The notes beneath the pieces were generated by a model. It saw only the letters and a program-made list of their open reading frames with translations. It was not told the DNA's origin and did no database searches. From Thalia democratica (Eukaryota), in NCBI GenBank assembly GCA_965202585.1, contig OZ241829.1:72912001-72976000 (forward strand): a stretch of 64,000 nt of DNA, read 5' to 3'. Shown piece after piece: positions 39,000 through 50,279 of the stretch. The position numbers and the translations under genes are program-made. Position 1 is the stretch's first letter, and every line of letters begins with the position of its first letter.

Positions 39000-40988
39000 G
39001 TTAGTATATCTAACAAGCAATTGTTCAACTTGATTTAATTTATTACAATTGTATAATTATCAATATAAAAAAGTGTATATAAAACATTTAAATTCTTTAT
39101 TCAGCCACCTAACTTGTTGTAAATCGAAAGACTTTTAAAAAGCATTATTAAAAATAGTGTCGCTTACCTTACTATCTTCTATCTAGCTTTTTATGCTAAT
39201 AAAAATCTCTTAAACAAGCTTAAAGGACCACTTTTCCATTCGTTTAACAAACAAAGGGTAAAAAAATTATGTACTATTTGTATTTAAATTTCTGTAAAGC
39301 TTAATGTTAGAAAATATACAAGTGCTTAAATTGTGTGGTATTTTGTTAATAGTTCGAAACTAATTTCGCTAATTAAATAAAAAAATGTAACAACGGCTAT
39401 TTAAATTTCAGTTAATTTTATACTTTTATTGTTGTTAAGCACTTTTTAAGTTTCCAATTTTGTTGTAATTTTTACCGTTTTAACAAGTTTTAAAAACTCA
39501 TTTTCATATTCACACACACGGTAGTAGTATAAGAATAACATAGTTATGACTCCCTTTAATCGCCCTATTACTATTTTATTGCCCTTCACGAGTTTATATT
39601 TTCTAATATATTTCTAGTTAATACATTCTTTAACTTGTTAATTACTAATAAACTCTTCTGCAACTCACTAGTTATTGCCTTCTGATAACCGAAATCGACT
39701 TAAGGTAGCGATATCACCTACTTTAGAAACTGTAGTACAAACAATTTCATACATTTTACAAATACATATTGTATCAACTTTTTATTTGTAATTTGATAAT
39801 AATTTAATCAGCTTTTAGTGAAAATATTTTTTTTTGTTTTCAGTTTAAGCAGTATGATCCACTTTAGAAACTGTAATACAATTGATTGATAGATGAAATA
39901 AGATTGATTGTTTGATAAATTATCGTTTAAATTTATTTATGTTGCTATTTAAAATAAAAGCATCGTTAATTAAAAAGTAGCTCGTCTACTTTTTCATTAA
40001 CCAATTTAGCGAAAAAGCTGCAAGATATTTTTTCTTAATTAAAACAAATTAGTGATCTACATACCTTAAATGACATTAGCAATAAACAGACTTATTAGAA
40101 AATACATATTTAAACATTTTTTCCAACTTTGTAGATATCCGGCAATGAAAAAAACTTAAAGGGGTTAAGTATTAAAATAACTAATAAAGGTATCAACAGA
40201 GTATGAATCTTAATTAATTTTTAATGTATTTATCGAATAATAAACCATTGCTTTATACGACAGTTGTTAAATAGTTGTACTCTGTGATTTCAGTTGCTTC
40301 TGATTGAAAATAATTAAATTCGGTTTAATTTAAGCTATTTTTTGTAAAACAATTTTATTAATTTACTAATTATATGCTTGAGTACAGTTGTATGGGATAG
40401 AGGTTCATGTCTTATAAAAATATGTCATTTTTAGCCTTATACGCATAATTTATTAGTAGGTAAAAAGTCTAAAATCTTTCTGCTGCAGCCCACCTGTAAA
40501 ACAGCTAGAATCTTATCAGAGTCGATATGTTTTATCAACAGTTATACAAAATTTACTGGGGTTGCTCAATTAAACATTTTTAAGTATAACGCCTACGTAC
40601 GATTTATAATTTAGGAACATAAAACAGTCCAAGACTATCTACACCCTAATAGCAAAATTTAATTATTTTTACCTTTAAACTAAAAGAAAAACACAGTCAG
40701 TTTAAACTAACTTGTACAAGTATTACATAACAACTTAATTAAAAACTTATCTGTATCACGATACTTACTTATTAACTAATATAACTTACTTTATAATTTT
40801 TTTAACTTATGTTCATTTTTTGCTTAAATTTTTAAAAAGGATAGTTTGTTTTACATGCTATTATTGAATCATTGCATTCAATACTTAAAAAGATATAACT
40901 TGACCTAACACGGAAAAATATTTATCATTTCAATTGCAAATTAAGCACTATAAGTAATCGAACCATGAAACGATTCTCTCAACTTCCA

Positions 40989-41158
40989 CGCGTCATCAAT
41001 TTGCTCTCGTGTAAAACTACGTCACGACAAATTATCACGAACGCTCTCGGTAATTTTACAATTTAGTCTCCGGTAGCTGCGCACATTACAATTTGTTTCC
41101 ATCGAAATGGAGGCGGCATTGTTGTACAATTTGCAAGTCGTTCAAACACGACTTTAAA
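40989..41158 (+). promoter_or_regulatory. Promoter-like block, unit 4 (TATA changed to TTTAAA)
   Basis: Same block; TTTAAA at 41153; YY1-like motif at 41323. Confidence 0.45.
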
Positions 41159-41200
41159 TCATATCATTTAGAAAATTGGCTGGAAGAAGTGAAGTGGTTG

Positions 41201-41253
41201 TGTGACGTAAAAAACAGCTTTCGCTTGCAAAGCCGAAATTTTGTTACGTCACA
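41201..41253. other. Hairpin, unit 4
   Basis: TGTGACGTAAAAAA / TTTGTTACGTCACA plus inner stem. Confidence 0.65.
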
Positions 41254-41793
41254 CAAGGCTTTTGTTACTTAAGCTGAAGCAGCATTTGAAGCTAAAACAA
41301 CTTATTTACGCTTAGACATAGTCGCCATCTTTTTTTACGCTTAAGTTCATGTCTATAAATCTCTTTTGCAATTTTATTTTCAATAATTTAATGTACATGT
41401 AATTGGAAAATTATTTTAATAAGAATTGCAAAATTAAACGAAAGGTTTGAATACAATTCCTTATCAAAAGATTCTTAAACTTTATAGTCTTGAGTTCGAG
41501 AATTTGTAACAGTGTTTGCTTATATTACAAACAAAAAACGAATTGATTTTACTACAAAAAAAAAAGAAATTTTAATAGAATAATAAAAATGTTGTGGTTA
41601 ATTGATGATTACCTAAATATTAAGTATGTTTATGTACTATAAAACTTTTAAATCTTACTTACAACTTGTGACTTATTGTTCAACCACTGTCGCAAATAAC
41701 TTTCTTAGTGGTTGTTTTAAACATTGTTATATTTTATATTTATTTATTATAAAATTAAAAATCAACAAAACTTTGTTAAACTAACTTATTTAG

Positions 41794-41855
41794 CCGAAGT
41801 AACTTGAATTGAATCAGTGGAGTTTGGATACAACAAAAGAAGTATTCACATTCTG
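41794..41855 (+). other. Exon-like cassette, 62-nt class
   Basis: TTATTTAG|CCGAAG...ATTCTG|GTTAGT; identical to 37769-37830. Confidence 0.55.
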
Positions 41856-42932
41856 GTTAGTTATGAATTGTTATTTTAAATACAGCAGCTGATGTCAATT
41901 TTGTTTAAATAAATATGCAGTCAAAAGTGTGTAAATTTTCCAACAAAAGTTTTGTTTCAGCTTTAGAAATCACATTAGAATCATACTTATGTTCTTTTAA
42001 TGACATATTGTAAGACTTTTAACTTGAGAATTTGTAAATTAATTTATTTTCAGTATTTAATATCTATGTCTCTACTGCAGTTAGTCACATTTAAAATAAA
42101 TTTGTGTCAAAATTTCTATTTTCTATATGTGGTGAATAATGACAGTTAAGTTTTCTTATCAATTGAAATATATTCAACTTCATTAAATTTAAATTCAGCG
42201 ATCCATAAAAAGCTCTATCCAAGTTTTACATGTTTAGAAACAATTTCATGTGAAGTCAAGGAATATCATACAATAATTTTCTTTCATAATACTTAAATTA
42301 AGTAACTTACACTTAATTAATTAACTTACAAAGAGCAGTTTAGAATATGGTTTATTACATTAACTTTTAAAAATTGTACTTGTGTTAAATTGTAACCATC
42401 TTAATGAGGTTTAAGGCAGCAAAAATATTCTGGTATTTTCAAATTTAAAATATTACAGCAAATATTACGTGTTTAAACTTTACGAAGTGGCTAAACATGT
42501 AATCTGAAAAAACCTAAAAAGTCAGTTTAGTTTCTGAAGTGACTAAATTTTATTTTTTGCTAAAACTTTGTTGTTACTTATAACTCAAAACATGAATATA
42601 AGTATCAGACCCATTTAACTAACTGTAAAAAATTTTAATTGATTAAGTATAGATGATATAGACAATATACCAAATTTAATAAATTCTACCAGTAATTTTT
42701 TAAGTGTTGATTATGACAACCTTTTAACGAAAACTTTTTTTTGGGAGTTCAGTTAGGTTCAACGAAGTTTAGTTTATTGTTTGAAACTATTAAACGATTG
42801 TGTAAAAAAATTCTTGTTGATTATACTAACAGTGTCTAGGCTTTGGATGGGTAACGATTTTAATCGGCGGCGCGGATCCGTATAATTTAAGTCTTTTGGT
42901 TGTCGGAGCATTTCGAATAAGTGATTTACTAG

Positions 42933-42997
42933 GATAACGATTTTGACGCTCATTAATGACGTTATCGGTGTTAAAGCAGCGAGGTGTAAATAATCTG
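42933..42997 (+). other. Exon-like cassette, 65-nt class
   Basis: TTTACTAG|GATAAC...TAATCTG|GTTAGT. Confidence 0.5.
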
Positions 42998-44260
42998 GTT
43001 AGTACATCAAACATGCAATTGTGCTTTTAAATTTAATTTAATATAACTGTTTAACTAGCAATATAAAAAAATGTATATAAAATATTTCAACTCTTTATTT
43101 AGCTCCCTAACTTGTTGTAAATCGAAAGTATTTTAAAAAGCATCATTAAAAACAGTGTCGCTTACCTTACCAGCAGTGTCTTCAACCTAGCTTTTTATGT
43201 TAATAAAGACCTAAAAAACAACCTGATAGTAACACTTTTTTTCAATCGTTTAACAAACAAAGCATAACAAAATTTATGTATTGTATATATTTGAATTTTC
43301 TGTAAAGCTTTATGCTAAATATGCAAGTAGTTAAATTGTGTACTTATTTAATAGTTAAAACTTATTTTGCTAATTAAAAAGAAAAATATAAAAATGGTTA
43401 TTGTATTACAGTTTGTTTAATACTTTTATTAGTGCTAAGCACTTTTTACGTTTCCAATTTTATTGTCCTTTTTAACTTTTTTAAAGTTTGGAATAACTCA
43501 TTCTCGTATTCACACATGCAGTAGAAGTATAAGAGTAACATAATTATGACTCCCTTTGAAATAAATCGCCAATTAAAATAAATTTTATTATCCTTCACGA
43601 GTTTATCATTTCTTTCACTTGTTAAATACTAATTAGTTATTCAGCTTAGCAACATTTTAATTTTTTGAAACGTTGTAAAATAACATTGAAGACTTAATTG
43701 AGTTTAAAATGCTTTTATGAAGGCTTTTATCACTTTTCTATAAAAACCAAAAAAATTTGAGAAATAACCTCTTGGCTAAAATTTTAAAACAATATACCAC
43801 AGAAACAAAAATGAAATGTATGTATTTGTAGGCAGGTATAGCTGAAATAAGTTATTAAAATACAAATAGTCATTTTTTTTTAAGTCTTTCAGAATTTGTT
43901 AAACAATTATGACGTCATAAGTGGGAAAAAACAAATTTTCCACTGAAAAAACACCCGGTTGGCCAGAACTAATTATTTAAAATTAATTTGCACAACTTCA
44001 TATTTTTAGCTTGGTTTGAAGCTCTTAATGTGTAATATATTTGCTTATTGGCTAATAACCTTTTATTTCCATGTCGCTAGTTCAAGTGAGCAAAAATTTA
44101 TTTAAGTTGTAAAGTCAAGATGCGTAGGCAACACAAAATCGTTTAAAATTATTTTTACGGTTCTCTTGCTTAACATTATACATATAAAAATGATTTACAT
44201 GGAATAAAAACTTTTTATTTTGATATTGATAGTCTTGTACAACAAAACTATACATTAAGG

Positions 44261-44608
44261 CAGGGGTCGGCAAACTGCGGCCCAAGGGCCAAATGCAGCC
44301 CTTTAAGTCAAAATTTTCGGCCCGCTAGCTCCTTTTTAGCAAAAACATACGTTACAAAAACAATAAAAGTTAAAGATTTTGTAATTAAAACTTACATTTA
44401 GGATCTTATTTCAATAAATACTCTTTATTAGTACTCTAATATTGCCTAACTTAGCATACTTTTGATCTTAATTGATATTTTTTTACTGATTACTAGAATT
44501 TTTTTTTTTTAATACGGCCCTTAAAGATTTTTTTATTAAATAGTGCGTCCCGCGAGCAATTTTTCCTAGGAAAATTGGCCCGCGAGTTACTAAGGCTGCC
44601 GACCCCTG
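44261..44608. mobile_element. hAT-superfamily MITE (duplicated with its unit)
   Basis: Same TIRs, same CATTAAGG TSD and same flanks as 24846-25194. Confidence 0.92.
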
Positions 44609-44732
44609 CATTAAGGTCTATAACTTTTTTGTCATTATGAAACTAACCTAACAGAATATGTTGAGTATTACCTATTATAAAAGGCTTTTGTTTTACTGAT
44701 CTAAAAATATTTTATCTAAAGTATTTCAACAG

Positions 44733-44810
44733 CCAGAAGTGAAGCAGCGATGACTTACTCGACTGGGCAATGACGTCACCAGAAAAATGACTCACCAGTG
44801 AGATGCTCTG
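44733..44810 (+). other. Exon-like cassette, 78-nt class
   Basis: TTTCAACAG|CCAGAA...GCTCTG|GTTAGT. Confidence 0.55.
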
Positions 44811-45950
44811 GTTAGTTCAACATATTCTTAATTTTTGCTTATTTAAAATGCGATTAATAAGTGGGTAAGTAATTTGAAAAAAATATAATAATGAAACTTT
44901 ATGTGGCTGTCTAACAAGTCGAACAATAAGAATTAACTAAAAAAATTACTTTGAATTGGTTCTTACCTCACCAAAAGCATGTTATGAAATTTTATAATAA
45001 CAAACTAATTATTATTAAGATTGCACAGTATAACTCGTTTATTTTGATTTATACAAACTATGCATTTTTTACATCAAGATGTGTCTAATTTTAAGCAAAA
45101 TATTATTTACTAATATTGTTCATCAGTGACTTTGTTTACTAATAAATATTCATAAATTAAAAAATGACAACAAATAACTTTAAATCCTTATAATAATATG
45201 TTATATATTATATTTTATGAAATACTCTATGTTAACCTATCTTACACTTTTCTGTATAACATAATTTATGCTGATAAAAGTTTTATAAACAAAGCATTCT
45301 TGTTGTCATAGTTTTTTAACTAAATACGTTTTGATTAACTTTTCTTATTTTTAAAATTATATTGTCAGCGTATTTTCTAAGCTTAATAATGGTTTATGAA
45401 ATTTCTTTTGCGCAACTACAAATAAGTATGCTTATAAAAATTACTAAATTCGAGTATTTAGCTTAGAAACAATTAATTTTTTTTAAATACTACGATACCA
45501 TAGTTGATGAAAAAGTAGAAATTTTCAATAAGGTAGTTATTAATTTGCTTAAAGAATATGAAACGTTTGAAAAATGACTTTCATGTAGTAATTAAAAAAT
45601 TACTAAAAAAAATTATAGTCATGATAATCTTAAATTAAGTTTAGAAAAAAGCAGGGTTTGTTTAAGATACTTTTCATTTTATTTTATTATCTTAACTTCA
45701 TACAAAATAAAACATCTTAAATCTTAATATATTTAAGAGACAGGCATGTATATCACTTAGTTCTCTAAAATTAATTAACATTAGCTAATATGGGCTTTAA
45801 AACTTTTCTTTATCTATAAAAATAAAGCTTGTTATAATAAAAAGCTCAAAACTGCGTTATCTTTTTCATACAATTTACAAAGAGTCCTGAGTTGAAATGC
45901 TCAATTTTAGTGATTATAACTATCAAAAACATTTTCACCAATTGTTACTA

Positions 45951-46092
45951 AGCTGACAATGTTTCACCTAATAAAATCTTTAAAGTTTTAAGTAGTAGCG
46001 ATAATTATTTAAACTGTAAAAAAAAAAAAGAATTTAGTAACACTTTGTACATAAAAGCTTTAAAGATTCTTTTAGGTGAAACAGTGTCAGCT
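45951..46092. repeat. Inverted repeat, unit 4
   Basis: 39-bp arms with 4 mismatches. Confidence 0.7.
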
Positions 46093-49000
46093 GAGTAACA
46101 ATCGTTGTACAAACTTTTTATAATTTATATGTTTTAAAAGTAGTTTTTCAGTTGTAAGTTGTAATGCTTGTAGATCAAGCAAAACTATGTACAAATTTTA
46201 AATACATAAGGTTATAGTTTATTTATACTTTAAAGCTTTTTTTAAAAAGTTCAACACTTATTAAAATTTGTTTGAATATTTATAATTTTTTTAATTTTTT
46301 TTTGCTTTTATGACGACCTATTGACAAGTATAATGAAAGTTAGAATGAAAAAGATTAACTGTTTTGACCTTCATAGACAGCCATCAATTGAAAATGCCAT
46401 TAAACATAAATTATTTTGTAAATTTTTGGTGAAATTTTAAATTCTAAAACTTACAATTTTAAGGTAGTTTTCCAATCGTTTTAATTTTTTTTTAAGTGAA
46501 GAAACACCTCTGTGAAACTCGAAGAACTTGTTTTAATTTGTACCGTTCCACTCATACTAAACCTAACTATAAGTGTGTACTTATCTGACAGATAACAAAT
46601 TTTAGGAAAATTAAGACTTCGGCTTTAATTGATTCAGTAAGTGTAGTTGATATTTGATAAATTATACTGGCATTTAAATAGATAGCTTTAATATATCAGA
46701 AAAATTATAATAACATCTTAAAAATTATTTTAAAATTAAATTAAGTGATATGTAAACTAGTTATAACTTAAAAGATACTTACTAGTTAATTATTATAAAA
46801 GTTTTATATAAACTTTTATATATTTTTACTAGTTATTGAACTTATATCAAATTCACTTGTTGTTTAGAAAAACAAAGCCATACAAACTTAACTAAATTGT
46901 TGTTAGAAAATTCTCTGAAATTATAATTAAACCAGTATAAAACATTTTACTAAAAAACTAACAAATATATAAGTAGGTGTCAAAAAAGAGGTAACTCTCT
47001 TTTGCACATACTTCATTCAAGTTCATAGTATTACATCTGCAACCAGTTATACTTTTTATATAAGTATAGTTCTTTCATTTTATACTAAAATTGTTTTAAA
47101 ATTAACTTAATTTTGTTTAATTATATAATTATTTACTAAGTTTGAACTTGTGCAAAAATAAAGCCAAACTGACTTTATACAAAATTGACCCATTACCTAA
47201 ACAAAACAAATCTCTCAACAATTATTTTTTATCTGTAAGGTAGCTTGTACAAACTTTAAAAAATGTTGTCTTTTTTTAAATTTGTAGATTTTTGTTCGTC
47301 ATCAATAATCTCATTACTTTTATTTATTATTATTTTAGTGCAATAGATATATAAACATTTTAAAATGGTAAGTAAGCAGTTTTATTAAAAGCTAAATCAT
47401 TTATTTTTGAACTGTTTAACACCATGAAACAAAAAAGGTTTGATTACTATTTAGAATTGGTATTAAGTGTAGTTTGGAATTATACTTTTGAAAATAAAAA
47501 CAATTATTTCTATAGCTATACAGTTTTTTTGTATTCAGCAGTGTTATCAACATTAACTCTAGTCTTATTTTTTTAACAATATTCAATATTTTACTAAGTT
47601 TCACTTTACTGAGGTCATATACTATACAGAATTATTGTTATTTTATGATTTAGTTGCTTACTATAGTTATTTTTTACAATAAAAGTAACGCGCTCAAAAA
47701 TTAAGTCTACTGAACTTTCGATTATTTAGTTGTATATTTAATTTATAGAACACTTGGTAAGACTAATAACACATGATTAGCAATTTTCGATTGAGTGTTT
47801 CGTTTGGTCCTCTTAAATTTTTAAACCGACTTGTGCGCTATACATGTCCTTGCAGCATATAAAGCTTTGATTGAAAAACTTGTTTATGATTAAAAAATAC
47901 TTTGCTTTCAAAGGTGAAACAGCTAAAATATTTTCATATAAAACTGAAAATCTCAAAGAACCTTACGCTTGGACTTCTTTACCATCTTTATGAACTCAAA
48001 AGGTTTAAATTTATGCTCTTTAATATCTTTTGCATTTTTATTACTATTAATTAGATGCAGAAAATAAACTTTTAAAAAATGTCAAAAACAATTTAAATAG
48101 TAAATTACAACTGATAAATATAGAACGAAACTTTTAGTAACTAATTCGAATCCATTTTCTCACTGTTTATAAAGTTCTCTAGTGCATTGTTCTGTAATAA
48201 CTCATGAAAAGTAATAATTATCTTCTAAATAAAAAGGAACAAATTAGTTAAAAAACTAACAACTTATAAAAAAAGTTTATATTATCTAAAAAAATGTTAT
48301 GATTAATAGACATAATTAACTAATAAATAATGATTTAAATCTATTTATATTGCTACTTAAAATAAAAACATCGTTGATGAATAAGTAGCTTAAAGTTAAC
48401 CAATTTAGCTAAAAAGCTGCAACATTTTTGTTCTTAATTAAAACACATTAGTAATTTACATACCTTAAATGACTATAGCAATAAACAGACTTATTAGAAA
48501 ATACATATTTAAACATTTTTTACAACTTTATAGATATCTGGCTATGAAAAAAACTTAAAGAGGTTAAGTATTTTAATAACTAATAAACGTATTAACAGAG
48601 TATGAATCTTAATTGACTTTTTAATGTATTTTTCATACAATAAATCATTGCTTTTTACGACAATTGTTAAGCATTTGTACTTTTTAGTTTTCAGGTGCTT
48701 CTGATTGAATAGAACTTTAATTTGGTTTAACTTAAGCTTTTATTTGTAAAACAATTTAATTAATTTACTTATTATATGTTTGAGTACAATTGTTGTTTTG
48801 GGATAGAGGTTTATGTCTTTTTTTTTATGTTTATGTATCATTTGAGCCTTATTCGCATAATTTATTAGTAGGTAAAAAGTCTAAAATCTTTCTGCTGCAG
48901 CCCACCTGTAAAACAGCTAGAATCTTATCAGATTTGATATGTTTTATCAACAAAAATCCAAACTTTACTGGAGTCGCTCAATTAAACAAGATGAAATATA

Positions 49001-49397
49001 ATGCCTACGTACAATTTATAGTTTAGGTATATAAAACAAACCAATACTATATACATTCTAATAACAACTTTTAATTATTTTTACCTTTAAACTATAAGGC
49101 AAACACAGTCGTTTTAAAATAAGTTGTACAAGTATTACATAACAACTTAATTAAAAACTTATCTGTGACAAGTTACTTACTTATTAACTAATAAAACTTA
49201 CTTTATAATTTTTAGCTTATGTTCATTAGTTGTTTAAGTTTTTAATAAGGAAAGTTTGTTTTACATGCTATTATTAAAACATTGTATTCAATACTTAAAA
49301 AGATAAAACGTAACCTAACACTGAAAATTTTTCTCATTTCAATTGCAAATTAAGCACTATAAGTAATCGAACCATGAAACGATTCTCTCAACTTCCA

Positions 49398-49567
49398 CGC
49401 GTCATCAATTTGCTCTCGTGTAAAACTACGTCACAACTAAATATCACGAACGCTCTCAATAACTTTACAATTTAGTCTCCGGTAGCTGCGCACGTTACAA
49501 TTTGTTTCCATCGAAACGGCGGCGGCATTGTTGTACAATTTGCAAGTCGTTCAAACACGACTATAAA
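49398..49567 (+). promoter_or_regulatory. Promoter-like block, unit 5
   Basis: Same block; TATAAA at 49562. Confidence 0.5.
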
Positions 49568-49637
49568 TCATTTAGATTCTCTATCTCTATTAGATTCATA
49601 TCATTTAGAAACTCTGCTGGAAGAAGTGATGTTGTTG

Positions 49638-49690
49638 TGTGACGTAACAAACAGCTTTAGCTTGCAAAGCCGAAGTTTTGTTACGTCACA
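49638..49690. other. Hairpin, unit 5
   Basis: Perfect 14-bp arms TGTGACGTAACAAA / TTTGTTACGTCACA plus inner stem. Confidence 0.65.
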
Positions 49691-50217
49691 AAAGGCTTTT
49701 GCTACTAAAGCTGAAGCAGCATTTGTAGCTAAAACAACTTATTTACGGTTGGACAAAGTCGCTATTTTTTTACGCTTAAGTTAATGTCTATAAATATTTT
49801 TTGCAATTTTATTTTCAATAATTTAATGTAATTGAAAAATTATTTTAATAAGAGTTGCAAAATTAAACGAAAGGTTTGAATACAGTTTAATAACAAATGA
49901 TTCTTAAATTTATAGCCTTTAGTTCTAGAACTTGTAACAAGTGTTTACTTATATTACAAACAAAAAACAAATTGATTTAACTACAAAAAAAATTTAAGAT
50001 ATTTTAATAATAAAAAAAAAATGTTGTGGTTTATTGATGATTACCTAATTATCAGTTGTTGAACTATAAAGCTTTTGAATCTTACTTAAAAGATTGTGAC
50101 TTATAGTTCAACCACTGTAAGAAATAACCTTTTTAGTGGCTATTTTAAACATTGTTCAATGTTTTATTTTATACAAAATTAAAAATCAACAAATTTTTGT
50201 TAAACTAATGTTTTTAG

Positions 50218-50279
50218 GCGAAGTTACTTGAATTGAATCAGTGGAGTTTGGATACAACAAAAGAAGTTTTCACATTCCG
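50218..50279 (+). other. Exon-like cassette, 62-nt class
   Basis: TTTTTAG|GCGAAG...ATTCCG|GTTAGT. Confidence 0.55.

Larger units (their letters stand above)
36986..40988 (+). repeat. Array unit 3 (~4.0 kb, internal deletion)
   Basis: Colinear homology; spacing 4003; deletion junction ~39860-39910. Confidence 0.9.
40989..49397 (+). repeat. Array unit 4 (~8.4 kb, chimeric)
   Basis: Spacing 8409; 5' part closest to unit 3, 3' part closest to unit 1. Confidence 0.9.
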
